A DNA stretch of 30,033 bases, taken from Vicinamibacteria bacterium (GTDB lineage: Bacteria; Acidobacteriota; Vicinamibacteria; Fen-336). Numbering within the stretch: position 1 is the first letter of the stretch; each line of letters begins with the position of its first letter. Made by a program: the position numbers and the translations under genes. Shown piece after piece: positions 15,046 to 25,828 of the stretch. The notes beneath the pieces were generated by a model, which saw nothing but the letters and a program-made list of their open reading frames with translations, was not told the DNA's origin and did not search any database. The DNA is taken from assembly GCA_035566715.1 (NCBI GenBank), contig DATMQU010000562.1:1-30033 (forward strand), given 5' to 3'.

Positions 15046-15435
15046 GTGAGAGGGGTTCGCCCCCGTGGACGCACGCCCCCCAAGAGGAGGGTCCGCTATG
15101 ACACCCTGTGGCGGCTCGCGCTCGCCTTGCCGGGGGTGGAGGAGGGCACGTCCTACGGTACCCCCGCCTTCAAGGTCGGAGGGAAGCTGCTCGCCCGTCT
15201 GCGCGAGGACGGCGAGTCGCTCGTCGTCCGTATCGGCTTCCTCGAGCGAGAGCTCCTCATGAAGGCGGACCCGGAGACCTTCTACATCACCGACCACTAC
15301 CTGAACTATCCGGCCGTGCTCGTGCGCCTCTCGAAGGTGCGCGCCGCCAAGCTCGGCGAGGTTCTGGAGCAGGCCTGGCGGCAGGCCGCGCCCAAACGCC
15401 TCCTTGCCTTGGCGGGCGAGGCGCGCCGCCCCTGA
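15046..15435 (+). CDS. MmcQ/YjbR-family protein
   Basis: LALPGVEEGTSYGTPAFKVGGKLLARL and HYLNYPAVLVRL. The start is uncertain. Confidence 0.8.
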   Translation: MRGVRPRGRTPPKRRVRYDTLWRLALALPGVEEGTSYGTPAFKVGGKLLARLREDGESLVVRIGFLERELLMKADPETFYITDHYLNYPAVLVRLSKVRAAKLGEVLEQAWRQAAPKRLLALAGEARRP

Positions 15436-15459
15436 GGGGCGCCGCGCGGCTCAGGGGCG
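15427..15459. terminator. 10-bp inverted repeat spanning two convergent stop codons
   Basis: cgcccctgag (15427-15436) pairs with ctcaggggcg (15450-15459). No U-tract. Confidence 0.35.
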
Positions 15460-15747
15460 CCGGGCCTCTTCGACCTTGCGTTCCCGCTCGGCGTTGATCC
15501 GCTCCCGATCCCGACGGTACTCCTCTTCCAGGGCGGCCGCCGCCTCCGGATCGCGGGCCTTGCGTAGCGACGCGTGGTAGAGGATTTCCCGCTCCGCCAG
15601 CTTGGCCTCGTACACCTTGCGCACGTCGGCGATGGCGGCCCGCTGTTCCGCGCTCACAGAGCGCTCCTCGACCCCGGCCTCGCGGTCCTTCTTCCGGAGG
15701 CGTTCCATGGCCAGCTCGAAGCTGCTCTTGGGTGCGTCGTCGGGCAT
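15451..15747 (-). CDS. Small charged helical hypothetical protein (98 aa)
   Basis: TAGAAT (15779-15784) and a GGAGGAG SD precede ATG 15747. Product MPDDAPKSSFELAMERLRKKD..., coiled-coil-like. Confidence 0.75.
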   Translation of the reverse strand: MPDDAPKSSFELAMERLRKKDREAGVEERSVSAEQRAAIADVRKVYEAKLAEREILYHASLRKARDPEAAAALEEEYRRDRERINAERERKVEEARRP

Positions 15748-15889
15748 GCGATCTCCTCCCGGGCCGTGCTCCTTGTCGATTCTAGCCCACCGCCTGGCCG
15801 GCTCCACCCTGCTCGGGAGCCGCCTAGATTGAGGCCCCGGCCCCTCCGCGCTTGCGGTGGAGGAGTTAGAGTCCCCGGGGGAGGGAACC

Positions 15890-17455
15890 GTGACGGGGCT
15901 CGGACTCGGGAGGTCTTCGGCCGAAGAGGCGCCTATCTCGGGCGCAACGGACGCCCGGCTCTCCCAGGGATATTGGCTCACCCGCTTTCTGTTCCTGCGT
16001 CTGCTCGGTCTCGTCTACTTCGTGGCGTTCCTTTGTCTCACCCAACAGTTTCGCCCCCTCATCGGCCGATCCGGGCTCCTTCCCGCCCAGGCGTTCTTGG
16101 ACCGGATCGCGCTAGCCTATGGGCATGGGCTCTCCACCGCCCTGCGGCTGCCCACGCTCTTCTGGCTGAACTCCAGCGACGCCGCCCTCGGGGCCGGCTG
16201 CTGGCTCGGCCTTCTCCTGTCGCTGGGCGTAGTGCTGGGCCTGGCCAACGTCCCCGTGCTGGCCACGCTCTGGCTGCTCTACATGTCGTTCGTGCACGTG
16301 GGCCAGGTCTTCTACGGCTACGGGTGGGAGACGCTTCTCCTGGAGACGGGATTCCTCGCCATTTTCCTGGCCCCTCCCTGGCGACCCGGTCCTTTCCCGG
16401 AGCGGTCGCCCCCCCCGCGGGTCGTGATCTGGCTGCTCCGATGGCTCGCCTTCCGCCTCATGTTCGGCGCCGGCCTCATCAAGCTGCGGGGGGACTCCTG
16501 CTGGCGAGACCTCAGCTGCCTGGTTTACCACTACGAGACCCAGCCCCTCCCGAACCCGCTGAGCTTCTATCTGCACCAGCTCCCGCGGTGGTTCCACCAG
16601 GGGGAGGTCCTCTTCAACCACGTGGTGGAGGTGATCGTTCCCTGGATGGTGTTCGGGCCCCGACGCCTGCGGACGCTGGCGGGGGTCCTGCTCGTCCTCT
16701 TCCAGGGCTTGCTGATCCTGAGCGGCAACCTTTCCTTCCTGAACTGGCTCACCCTGGCCGTCTGCCTGGCCTGCTTCGACGACGGCGGTCTGGCCCGAAT
16801 CCTTCCTCATTCCCTCACCGCGCACGTGGTCGGACTCCCCACGGAGGAGACGGGGGCGCGCCGGGCGGTGGTCTATACCTTGGCCGCGGTGGTGGCGGTG
16901 CTCAGCGTCAACCCCGTGGCCAACATGCTCTCGCGGGGCCAGCTCATGAACGCGTCCTTCGATCCCTTCGACCTCGTCAACACCTACGGCGCCTTCGGCG
17001 GCGTCCTGCGCGAGCGTCACGAGATCGTCCTCCAGGGCACGGACGATGAGCGTCCCGACGACCGCGCGCGCTGGCTCGACTACGAGTTCAAGTGCAAGCC
17101 CGGCGACGTGGAGCGACGCCCCTGCGTCGTCTCCCCCTACCACTATCGCCTGGACTGGCAGATCTGGTTCGCGGCCATGAGCGACGCTTCCGAGCAGCCC
17201 TGGCTCATCCGCCTGGTGGCCAAGCTGCTGGAGGGGGACGCGGGCACCCTCGACCTGCTCGCGGAGGGGCCGTTCCGGGAACGGCCCCCGAGATACATCC
17301 GGGCCCGGCTCTACCGCTACGAGTTCACCCGCGTGGGCGAGCCCGGCCGCGCCTGGTGGCGCCGCACCCTCATCGGGGAGTATCTGCCCCCGCTCTCCCG
17401 GGAGGATCCGCGCCTGCGGGAATTCCTGGCCCTCCTTCCGGGGCCGGAACCCTGA
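15890..17455 (+). CDS. Lipase maturation factor (LMF1) family membrane protein
   Basis: FLRLLGLVYFVAF, YGWETLLLETGFL, YHYETQPLPNP, LSGNLSFLNWLT, SPYHYRLDWQIWFAAM. GTG 15890 has a GGAGGG SD; GTG 15857 is the alternative start. Confidence 0.9.
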   Translation: MTGLGLGRSSAEEAPISGATDARLSQGYWLTRFLFLRLLGLVYFVAFLCLTQQFRPLIGRSGLLPAQAFLDRIALAYGHGLSTALRLPTLFWLNSSDAALGAGCWLGLLLSLGVVLGLANVPVLATLWLLYMSFVHVGQVFYGYGWETLLLETGFLAIFLAPPWRPGPFPERSPPPRVVIWLLRWLAFRLMFGAGLIKLRGDSCWRDLSCLVYHYETQPLPNPLSFYLHQLPRWFHQGEVLFNHVVEVIVPWMVFGPRRLRTLAGVLLVLFQGLLILSGNLSFLNWLTLAVCLACFDDGGLARILPHSLTAHVVGLPTEETGARRAVVYTLAAVVAVLSVNPVANMLSRGQLMNASFDPFDLVNTYGAFGGVLRERHEIVLQGTDDERPDDRARWLDYEFKCKPGDVERRPCVVSPYHYRLDWQIWFAAMSDASEQPWLIRLVAKLLEGDAGTLDLLAEGPFRERPPRYIRARLYRYEFTRVGEPGRAWWRRTLIGEYLPPLSREDPRLREFLALLPGPEP

Positions 17456-17471
17456 GGGCCGAGCCCCGCCT

Positions 17472-19946
17472 CTACTGGATGTAGCCGAGGCTCCGGAGGC
17501 GCTCGAGGTCCTCCTTGCTCATGGTCTGGGCGGAGGCCGCGTCGGGCTTCACGCGGGCGCGCGCCGCTCGGGACTGCCAGGCCCGGAGGTCGCGCGCGAG
17601 TCGCTCCACGAGCTCGGGATGCTCGGCGGAGACGTCGGCTTGATCGAGGGGATCCGACTCGTGGCGGTAGAGTTCAAATTCCGCGTCCCCGGGTCGGCGC
17701 TTCGTGTTGTGGATCAACTTCCAGCCATCGGAGACGATGGCGAACGACTCGGTGTCGCGGGGGGCGGGGGCGCCCGTGTCCACCGTCGACGCCTTCTCCG
17801 ACACCGCCGGGCGCCCCCTCCCGGGGAGGAGGCCACCGTCCGCCCGCAGAGCCCCGCCGGTCGTTCTGAGGGTGAAGAGGGGGAGGAGGCTCTCGCCCTG
17901 GGCCTCGTTGGGGACGGGCAGGCGGCTGATCTCGAGCAGGGTGGGCATGATGTCGATCGTGCGCACGGTCTCCGCCACCACCCGACCGGCGGGCACCCTC
18001 CCCGGACCCCAGAGGATAAGGGGCACGCCCGTCAGCTCGCCGTAGGCGCTCTGGCCATGGAAAGTGCGGCCGTGCTCGAAGAACTCCTCACCGTGGTCCC
18101 CGGTGAAGACGAGGAGGGTCTTCTCCGCGAGGCCCAGGGTCTCCAGGCGCTGGCGGAGACGACCGATCTCCGCGTCCATCCCGCGGATCGACCCGTCGTA
18201 CCAGTCGCGGTCGCGGGCCGCCCACACCCGGGGATCGATCTTGGCCGTCTCCAGCTCGGCCCAGGTGGGCATGCCAAAGAGCTTGAGCAGCGGGTCCGAG
18301 ATGAACTTCTGCGCCTCCTTGGCCTGTCGCTCGTGCTCGCTGCGCCAGGCGGGGTCCGCCCACAGGGAGTCATAAGGAGGGTAGGGGCGGTAGGGATCGT
18401 GGGGATCGGAAACATGGAGAAAGACGAAGAAGGGGACGTCGCGGTGCGCCTCCAACCAGGGGAGGAGCCGGTCCACGTACTCTCGGGCCGTCTTGCTCGA
18501 CTCTTTGTCGGGCAGGGAGCTGTCCTCGTGGACCACCTCGAAGCCCTTGTGGAGGTTGGTGAACCGGCCGGTGAACATGATCGACGAGAAAGACAGGGTG
18601 GCGTAACCGGCCCCGTGGTAGACCTCCGCGATCGTGGGCGCGGCGGTGGGCAGACGGTCCGAGAACTCCTTCACGCCGTGGGAGGTCGGGTAGAGAGAGG
18701 TCATGAGGGAGGGGGTGGCGACCTTGGTCCAGGTGGCCTGGCCCACGCAATCGCGGAAGAGGGTTCCCTCCCGGGCCATGCCATCCAGAATCGGAGAGGT
18801 CGGGCGTCCGTACCCGTAGGCCCCGAGGTGGTCTCGACGGAGAGTGTCGGCCCAGATCAGGATCACGCCTTGGGGCGGCGGGCCGGCTAGCCTCCGAACA
18901 GCGGCCGTCGGTGGCCGCGCGCCCAGGTCGCGCACGGTGGGCGTCCCCCAGAGCCCCAGGGCCCCCTTCGTCTCGGCGGCGAGGGACAGGGAGAGGCTCA
19001 CCTCCTCTCCCGCGAAAGACGAGAGGTCGAGGGCGGCCTCTTCCCAGCGCTGGGGCGTGGTCACCGTCCGCTCGAGGAGGGTGTCCTCCCGTTCGCGGCG
19101 CGGGCGGCGGAGGCCCACGCGGAAGGTCACGGGTCCGTCGTCGACGGTCCCCAGGGCCAGCTCGAGCCTCGGCCGCGCGGGCAGGCGGAGGCTCACGCGG
19201 ATGGTCTCCGGGCTTCGCGAGACAAGGGTCTCGCGGTAGATTCCCGAGAGCCCCTGCCAGCTTCTGCCGGAGGGGACACTCGCCAGGTGCTCCCGGCGGA
19301 AGACCAGCCGCACCGACTCGATCTCGAAGCGCGCCCCCCGCGCGTTGGTGGGCCGGATGAGGAGGTGTCTGATGTCGGCCGAGGGCGGGGGAACGGGGAG
19401 GCGCCGGGCGTCGAGTAGGTACGTCCGGGTCTCCGCCCCCGGGATGATGGGGGAGGTGAGGCGCCAGGGAAGCTGGAGCGCACGCTTCGCGACGTCACCC
19501 AAATCGATCTTCTCCGTGTCGCGGTACGTGAAGGCGAGCTCGTTGCCGGCGGAGACCCGCAAGCGAATCTCCACCCCGTGCAGCACGTCCTTGTCCTCGA
19601 GGCCGCGGGTGCGCTCGAGGTGGAGGATGGGAAGATCGTCGGTAGCGCGCCCGACGAGGCGGCCCTCGTGCAGCGCGAGGTCCGCGGTGCCGGGTCCGGC
19701 CTCCCATCCCCGGGTCAAGGGAAGCTTTCCCGGCTCGGGCGGGCTGGGTCCGTCGAACCGCCACTCGGTCCGGGCTCGCGTCACGGCGTCCTGCCCCGCG
19801 GGACCCTCCCCCGGGGTGGGCCGGTAAAGGTCGACGAGGCGGAGGCTCGGGGGAGGCGCGGGCCGGTTGCAGGCGCCGAGAAGAACGGGGAGGGCGGCGG
19901 CCGCAGCCCGGGGCCACCATTTCGCGAGCGGACGAGATCTGAGCAT
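17472..19946 (-). CDS. Sulfatase-like (alkaline-phosphatase superfamily) lipoprotein with a large N-terminal extension
   Basis: Lipobox-like LLGAC, DTLRRDHLG, HVSDPHDPY, GDHGEEF, and C-terminal LRSLGY. GGGAGG SD. Confidence 0.85.
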   Translation of the reverse strand: MLRSRPLAKWWPRAAAAALPVLLGACNRPAPPPSLRLVDLYRPTPGEGPAGQDAVTRARTEWRFDGPSPPEPGKLPLTRGWEAGPGTADLALHEGRLVGRATDDLPILHLERTRGLEDKDVLHGVEIRLRVSAGNELAFTYRDTEKIDLGDVAKRALQLPWRLTSPIIPGAETRTYLLDARRLPVPPPSADIRHLLIRPTNARGARFEIESVRLVFRREHLASVPSGRSWQGLSGIYRETLVSRSPETIRVSLRLPARPRLELALGTVDDGPVTFRVGLRRPRREREDTLLERTVTTPQRWEEAALDLSSFAGEEVSLSLSLAAETKGALGLWGTPTVRDLGARPPTAAVRRLAGPPPQGVILIWADTLRRDHLGAYGYGRPTSPILDGMAREGTLFRDCVGQATWTKVATPSLMTSLYPTSHGVKEFSDRLPTAAPTIAEVYHGAGYATLSFSSIMFTGRFTNLHKGFEVVHEDSSLPDKESSKTAREYVDRLLPWLEAHRDVPFFVFLHVSDPHDPYRPYPPYDSLWADPAWRSEHERQAKEAQKFISDPLLKLFGMPTWAELETAKIDPRVWAARDRDWYDGSIRGMDAEIGRLRQRLETLGLAEKTLLVFTGDHGEEFFEHGRTFHGQSAYGELTGVPLILWGPGRVPAGRVVAETVRTIDIMPTLLEISRLPVPNEAQGESLLPLFTLRTTGGALRADGGLLPGRGRPAVSEKASTVDTGAPAPRDTESFAIVSDGWKLIHNTKRRPGDAEFELYRHESDPLDQADVSAEHPELVERLARDLRAWQSRAARARVKPDAASAQTMSKEDLERLRSLGYIQ

Positions 19947-19979
19947 GCTGCCTCCCGCGCCCTGGAGCGAACGCCCGTG

Positions 19980-19985
19980 ATTCTA
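19980..19985 (-). promoter_or_regulatory. -10 box TAGAAT upstream of the sulfatase-like gene
   Basis: Plus strand reads attcta, 33 nt upstream of ATG 19946. Confidence 0.45.
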
Positions 19986-20017
19986 ACCGCTATAGGGGCC
20001 GGCACCGCCGGCAGAGG

Positions 20018-22087
20018 CTAATAGGCCAAGAGCTCACGCAGAGCCCCCAGCAGCCGGTCGTGGGGCGAGAAGATCCTCTCCAAGCTCCGGCTGAAGGGCA
20101 CGGGGGTGTCGAGGGCGCCCAGCCGCGCCACCGGCGCATCCAGCCACTCGAAGGCTTGCTGGCTCAGGGTCGCCGCGATCTCTCCCCCGAAGCCCCCGGT
20201 CAGGGGGGCTTCGTGCAGGACCAAGGCCCGGCTTGTCTTGGCCACGGACCGGATGGCGGTCTCGCTGTCCCAGGGCATGAGAGACCGCAGGTCCACGACC
20301 TCGATCTCCTTGCCCTCCGCGGCGAGGGCGACGGCCGCCTCCAGCGCCCACGTGACCCCGACGCCGTAGGTCACCACCGTGGCGTCGCGCCCGGTGCGGG
20401 CGATCCGGGCTTGGCCGATGGGCAAGCTGTAGAATCCCTCGGGAACCGCGCCCCGGGCCGAGCGGTACAGGGCCTTGTGTTCCAGGAAGAGAACCGGGTT
20501 CGCCTCCTCGAAGGCGGCCAGGAGCAGGCCCTTGGCGTCGTAAGGGGTGGCGGGAGCCAGGACCTTGAGTCCTGCCACGGCTGTGAACCAGGACTCCACG
20601 TTCTGCGAGTGAAACGGGCCGGCCCCGACGCCCCCGCCCACCGGCGCTCGCACCACCACCGCCACCCGTCCCCCCCAGCGGTAGTGGGTCTTGGCCAGGT
20701 TGTTCACGATCTGGTTGAAGCCGCAGGTGATGAAGTCCCCGAACTGCATCTCCACCATGGGCCGGAAGCCGTCCAGGGCCAGGCCCAGGGCGGCGCCCAG
20801 AGCCCCCGATTCGATGATGGGAGTGTTCCGCACCCGCGCCTTGCCGAACTCCTCGACGAAGCCTTCCGTCACCTTGAAGACGCCGCCGTACTCCGCGATG
20901 TCCTGCCCGAGGAAGATGACCTCGGAGTTGCGCTGCATGGCCACGCGCAGCCCATCGCGGATGGCGTCCACGTAGCGCAGCTCGGGGGCTCCCGCCTCGT
21001 CCTCCGGGCGGGGGGGACGGGGCTGGAGCAAGCTGGGCGCGAAAACGTCCCTAAGCTCGTCGTCCGCGGCGGAGGCGGGATCGGGGGCGGACAGGGCCTC
21101 CTCCACCGCGGCCTCGATGCGGGCTTTGTGGGCGCCGCGGACGACCTCGACTTCCTCCGCGGAGAGGACGCCGTGCGCGACCAGGAACTTCTGGTAGCGG
21201 GCCACGGGATCCTTCTGCGCCCACTCCGCGACGAGCTCCGGGGGCACGTAGTCGGTGCCCGAGGCCTCCTCGTGGCCCCGCATGCGGAAGGTCCTGCATT
21301 CGAGCAGCGTCGGCCCATCGCCGCGGCGGGCGCGCTCGGCCGCACGCGTCACCGCTCGGTACACAGCCAGGAGGTCGTTCCCGTCCACCACGCTGCCCGG
21401 CATCCCGTAGCCCAGGCCCCGGTCGGCGAGATGCCGGGCAGCGTATTGCTCGTGGGCGGGAGTGGAGAGCCCATACTGGTTGTTCTCGATGACGAAGAGG
21501 ACGGGAAGTTTCCAGACCGCGGCCAGGTTCAGCGCCTCGTGGAAGTCCCCCTCACTGGTGCCCCCATCGCCGCTGAACGCGGCCACCACGCGCTTTTGGC
21601 CCCGGAGCTGGGCGGCCAGGGCCAGCCCGTCCGCCACCGGCAGCATGGCCCCCAGGTGGCTGATCATGCCCACGATCCTCTTCTCGAGGTGCCCGAAATG
21701 AAACGTGCGGTCGCGGCCCTTGGTGAAGCCGCCCTCCTTGCCCAGGAGCTGTCGGAAGAGCCGGCCCAGGTCCAGGTCGCGCCCGGTAAAGACCCCTAGG
21801 TTTCGGTGCAGGGGGAGGATGGTGTCCTGGGGCTCCAGCGCCGTCACCACGCCAGTGGCGATCGCTTCCTGGCCCATTCCCGAGAACCACTTGGAGAGCT
21901 TGCCCTGGCGAACGAGGAGCAGCATCTTCTCCTCGATCATGCGGGGTAGGAGGAGCGCGTGGTGGAGCTGCCGGAGGCGGTCGGGGCTAAAACCCTCCAC
22001 CAGGCTCGCCGCCGCCACCGCTTCCGCCGCGGCCTTCGCCACCGCGGCCGCGGCGGCACCGCCGAGGGGGAGGGTTTCGTCGATCAT
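20018..22087 (-). CDS. Fused alpha/beta E1 component of a 2-oxoacid (probably branched-chain) dehydrogenase
   Basis: GQEA, TPP motif GDGGTSEGDFHEALN...ENNQY, FRMRGHEEA; beta half has GQDIA.YGGVF, NTPIIE and EVVDLRSL.PWD. Confidence 0.9.
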   Translation of the reverse strand: MIDETLPLGGAAAAAVAKAAAEAVAAASLVEGFSPDRLRQLHHALLLPRMIEEKMLLLVRQGKLSKWFSGMGQEAIATGVVTALEPQDTILPLHRNLGVFTGRDLDLGRLFRQLLGKEGGFTKGRDRTFHFGHLEKRIVGMISHLGAMLPVADGLALAAQLRGQKRVVAAFSGDGGTSEGDFHEALNLAAVWKLPVLFVIENNQYGLSTPAHEQYAARHLADRGLGYGMPGSVVDGNDLLAVYRAVTRAAERARRGDGPTLLECRTFRMRGHEEASGTDYVPPELVAEWAQKDPVARYQKFLVAHGVLSAEEVEVVRGAHKARIEAAVEEALSAPDPASAADDELRDVFAPSLLQPRPPRPEDEAGAPELRYVDAIRDGLRVAMQRNSEVIFLGQDIAEYGGVFKVTEGFVEEFGKARVRNTPIIESGALGAALGLALDGFRPMVEMQFGDFITCGFNQIVNNLAKTHYRWGGRVAVVVRAPVGGGVGAGPFHSQNVESWFTAVAGLKVLAPATPYDAKGLLLAAFEEANPVLFLEHKALYRSARGAVPEGFYSLPIGQARIARTGRDATVVTYGVGVTWALEAAVALAAEGKEIEVVDLRSLMPWDSETAIRSVAKTSRALVLHEAPLTGGFGGEIAATLSQQAFEWLDAPVARLGALDTPVPFSRSLERIFSPHDRLLGALRELLAY

Positions 22088-22127
22088 GGCGCCATTTTTT
22101 CAGGAGACCGCCGTGGAGGCAAATGGT

Positions 22128-23282
22128 CTAGAACAGGATCCGCATGCTGCGCGCGTAGCCGGTGAGCTCCGCATAGCCAGAGCCGGTCAGCGGTGCGCCG
22201 CCCTGGGCGCCCGTCACGCGGACGGCACCCTCCCAGTACGTGAACGACGTGCGCATCTCTTGGTCCTCGAGCCAGGGCTCGACCCGGAGGTGCGTCCCCG
22301 CGGAGGGGATGGTCACGGCCCAGAGCGAGGGATAGACGGCTTTGCTCTCCGGGCTCTGCCACCGGCTCTCCACCTCGACCCGGAAGTCGCCCGCGCCAAG
22401 GCGGCGGGTCCGCCCCTCCGGATCGACGAGGGTTCCCCCCGAGACCGGCTCCGCGGTTCCGTCTTGGCGCCGGATTGAGAACAGCATCAAGTCGCGGCCG
22501 TCGCTCAGCTGGAGGCTGAACCAGTCCCACCCCACCGCCTGGGGGCCCAGTGCGCTCGTGCTCCACTCGTGGTCAAACCAGCTCTCGCCCTCGACGGCGG
22601 CGGGGATCCCGCCGCTGGCGATCGTTCCGCGCGTGTGAAGGCGTGGGTAGCCGACATAGTAGGAGGCGTTGCCCGGCTCCGCGCCCTTGGGGGACAAGCC
22701 GCGGTCGCCGTGAGCGACGAGCGGCTTGGTGGCCTTGAGGTCGAGGTCGAGGGCCAGCCCGGCGTCGCGCGCTCGCAGATGAACGTCACTCCCCGCGGCG
22801 TCCACCGCCTCCGCCCGCCAGTCCTCCAGCCACACCTCGAAGGGGGGGCTCCCCGCTCCGGCCAGACCGGCGGCCCCCCGGCTGAAGCGCTCCCGGAAGG
22901 CGTGGGTCCTGGCCGAGACGTCCGTGACCGCGAGGTGGGCAAGGTAGAGCTGGTTGGTGGCCAGGCCGGGACCGGGGGGAGGGGCCCCGGGCAGGAGCCC
23001 GCGGCGAAAGAACGTGAGCTGATAACCCCAAGGCCGGCCGTCTCCCGTCCTCAGGTTGCCGGTGTAGTACCACCACTCCGTTTGATAGTCGAAGTGCGGG
23101 CCGTGGTCCTGGGGCAGGAGGATCGGGCGCGGGCTCATCGCGCGGGCAAAGATGGCGGGGGCGGGGTCGGGAGCCATGCGGATGTGGGGACCCTCACTTC
23201 CCGTGGCAGGTCCGCGCCAGACCCAGGCCCCGAGCGCTCCCAGGCCGAGCACCGCGAACAGGCCCAGGAGGGCTCGCCTCAC
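22128..23282 (-). CDS. AttH/CrtC-like lipocalin-fold protein
   Basis: PQDHGPHFDYQTEWWYYTGNL, SYYVGYP, WFDHEWS, GWDWFSLQL, YWEG, GYAELTGY. GTGA overlap with the permease stop. Confidence 0.88.
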   Translation of the reverse strand: MRRALLGLFAVLGLGALGAWVWRGPATGSEGPHIRMAPDPAPAIFARAMSPRPILLPQDHGPHFDYQTEWWYYTGNLRTGDGRPWGYQLTFFRRGLLPGAPPPGPGLATNQLYLAHLAVTDVSARTHAFRERFSRGAAGLAGAGSPPFEVWLEDWRAEAVDAAGSDVHLRARDAGLALDLDLKATKPLVAHGDRGLSPKGAEPGNASYYVGYPRLHTRGTIASGGIPAAVEGESWFDHEWSTSALGPQAVGWDWFSLQLSDGRDLMLFSIRRQDGTAEPVSGGTLVDPEGRTRRLGAGDFRVEVESRWQSPESKAVYPSLWAVTIPSAGTHLRVEPWLEDQEMRTSFTYWEGAVRVTGAQGGAPLTGSGYAELTGYARSMRILF

Positions 23283-25819
23283 TCATGCCTCAGGGCGGTG
23301 GCGAGGGGCATGCCCTGCAGCCGCCGGAGGGGGTACACCGCAGCCAGCAGGGCGGCGAGCACGCTCAGCGCGAGGGCCTCCACGAAGATGGCGGGCTCGA
23401 GCGTGAGGCGCATGGTCCAGCCGAACGAGCGGACGTTGATCACGTCGACCAGGATGAGGGCGAGGAGCGTTCCCGTAGGGAGGGACAACAGCCCCGCCGC
23501 CGCGCCCATGAGGCCGGTCTCCAGGAGGGTGATGCCCCAGAGCTGGCCGGGAGTGAGGCCCAGGACCTGGAGGGTGGCGAGCTCCCGCGTGCGCTCGACC
23601 TGGAGGGCCATGAGCGCGCTCCAAACGCCGATGAAGGCCACCACCACCGCCAGCACGCGCAAGGCACGGGTGACGGTGAACGTCCGGTCGAAGACCTTGA
23701 GGGCTTGGGTGCGAAGGGAGCGGTTCGGGGTCACCTGGAGCGCGGTTCCGGCGAGGGCCGCCCGCAGGGCGTCGACCACGGCGGCGGCCGATCCGCCTTC
23801 GGCTACGTACACGGCCAACGAGGTGAGGCCCCGGTCGTCCCAGAAGCGCTCGTAAACGGAACGGCTCATGAGCACGGTGCCCCGCTCGGTCGCGTAGTCG
23901 TAGTAGATCCCGGCCACGGGAAAGGTGTGTGCGCCCCCGTCCGTGTCGAGGACGAGGCTGCCGCCGTGGGGTGGGATCTGGTGACGGTAGGCGAAGGGCT
24001 CGCTCACAATCACCGCCCCCTCCCGCAACCGGGCCCAGGTGGTGGCGGGGTCGCCCTCCGCGAACCGATAGAAGGCGCGGTCGCGCTCGCGGCGGGAATC
24101 CACGACCACGAGCTGGACCTCGCCATCCGGGCTCGCCACCCGCACGGAGCGGAGGGTCTCAACCGCGACCACGCCCGGAACCGCCGCCACCCGCGCCGGC
24201 ACGTCCGCCGAGAGGGTGGGCCCGTTGCGCGCTCCCCCGGCGGCGGGGGGGCCGACGTAGATGTCGGCCCGCAGCGTCGTGTTCAGCCAGTCCTGCACGG
24301 TGGATCGGAAGCTGGCAATCATCAAGCTCACCCCGATGGTCGCGGAGACCGCCACCATCAGGGCCGCGATGGCCACGCCCGTTCGGCTCACCGCCCTCGT
24401 CACCGTACCCACGGCCAAGCGGCCGAGGGGGCCGGCCAAGGCCGAGGCCGCGGGCCCGGCCACGCGCATGAGCCCGACGGTGGCGGCGGGAGCGAGCAGG
24501 GCGAGGCCGAGGACGATGCCGAAGAGGCCGGCAAAGCTTGCGACTAGGGAGCGGGGGAGGGCGGCCAGGATGGCGGCCCCCCCCAGGGCGAGAAGGCAGC
24601 CCGATCCGCTGACCCAGGGCAGCAACCGACGCGATTTGCCCTCGAGCGTGCTCGGCCGGAGGGCGGCCACGGGCTCGACCCGCGCGGCTTCCCAGGCGGG
24701 GGCCAGGGCGGCCAGAAGGCCCGCCCCCACGCCGAGCCCGATGCCCTCCAGGACGACCCCCGGCGTGAGCGGCGCATCCACCACCGCGAGCACGTAGTAG
24801 AGGTCGTTGATCGTCCGCGTCACCAGCCGGACCACCCCCTGGCCGAGGACCCAGCCCAGGCCGAGGCCCAAGACCGTTCCCGCCGCGGAGGCGGTCGCCG
24901 CCTCGGCCAGGATGAGGGCGAAGACCTGGCCCCCGGTCGCGCCCAGGACGCGCAACGTTCCGATCACCGGGCGGCGTTGCACTACGCTGAAGAGGACGGT
25001 GTTGTAGATCAGGAACATGCCCACCACCAGGGCCAGGAGGCTGAGGGCGGTGAGGTTGAGCCGAAAGGCGGCCGTGAGCTGGCCCACGGTGTCCGATTGC
25101 TCGTGGGCGGGGGCCAGGCGCACGCCCGGCGGGAGCAGGGCCGCGAGCCGCTCGGCCTCGCCGGCGGTGACGCGGAGGTCGATGCGGGACAGGCGGCCTT
25201 CCTGACCGAGGAGCTTCTGCGCCGCCCCCACATCCATAAGGATGAGGCCGTCGAGGGCCTGGGGGCCGGCTTCGTCTCCGGGGGTGATCAAGCCGATGAC
25301 ACTCAGCGTCGCGAGGCGATCGCCGACTTGAAGGCGCAGGGGGCTGCCCAGGGGGAGGCGGTAGCGCTCGGCCATGCTCGCGCCCATCAGCACCCCGCCC
25401 GGTCGGGTGAGAAGCTGCGCCAGCCCATCCGCTCCCAAGGAGGGGGCACCGAGGTGGTCGCGGAATGGCCCTTCCGCCAGCGGGTCCACCCCCAGGATGC
25501 GGATCGGCTGGCGGTCCAGGTCGAGTCCGATGGCCGTGCCCTCCACCACGGGCGCGCTCGTCCGGACCCCCCATTCCACGCGCAGGCGCCGGTAGAGCGC
25601 TTCCGGCAGGCCGCGGGGGCCGCCCCGAATTTGGTGGCTGGCCCGTCCCACCACCGCCTCTGTGCTGCGCGCGAAGCCGCGCCCGGCGCTGGCGATGGCG
25701 AGGTTGATCGCGACCAGCACCGCCACACCCAGCGCCACGCCCAGAACCATGAGGGCGGTGGGGAGGGGCCGCCGTCGCAGGTCGCGGAAGCCGGTTCGCA
25801 GGAGGGTGGGGGTCAGCAT
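23279..25819 (-). CDS. FtsX/MacB-like ABC transporter permease (two periplasmic domains)
   Basis: [40 protein letters not shown]; 846 aa. Confidence 0.9.
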   Translation of the reverse strand: MLTPTLLRTGFRDLRRRPLPTALMVLGVALGVAVLVAINLAIASAGRGFARSTEAVVGRASHQIRGGPRGLPEALYRRLRVEWGVRTSAPVVEGTAIGLDLDRQPIRILGVDPLAEGPFRDHLGAPSLGADGLAQLLTRPGGVLMGASMAERYRLPLGSPLRLQVGDRLATLSVIGLITPGDEAGPQALDGLILMDVGAAQKLLGQEGRLSRIDLRVTAGEAERLAALLPPGVRLAPAHEQSDTVGQLTAAFRLNLTALSLLALVVGMFLIYNTVLFSVVQRRPVIGTLRVLGATGGQVFALILAEAATASAAGTVLGLGLGWVLGQGVVRLVTRTINDLYYVLAVVDAPLTPGVVLEGIGLGVGAGLLAALAPAWEAARVEPVAALRPSTLEGKSRRLLPWVSGSGCLLALGGAAILAALPRSLVASFAGLFGIVLGLALLAPAATVGLMRVAGPAASALAGPLGRLAVGTVTRAVSRTGVAIAALMVAVSATIGVSLMIASFRSTVQDWLNTTLRADIYVGPPAAGGARNGPTLSADVPARVAAVPGVVAVETLRSVRVASPDGEVQLVVVDSRRERDRAFYRFAEGDPATTWARLREGAVIVSEPFAYRHQIPPHGGSLVLDTDGGAHTFPVAGIYYDYATERGTVLMSRSVYERFWDDRGLTSLAVYVAEGGSAAAVVDALRAALAGTALQVTPNRSLRTQALKVFDRTFTVTRALRVLAVVVAFIGVWSALMALQVERTRELATLQVLGLTPGQLWGITLLETGLMGAAAGLLSLPTGTLLALILVDVINVRSFGWTMRLTLEPAIFVEALALSVLAALLAAVYPLRRLQGMPLATALRHE

Positions 25820-25828
25820 CCGGCCCCC

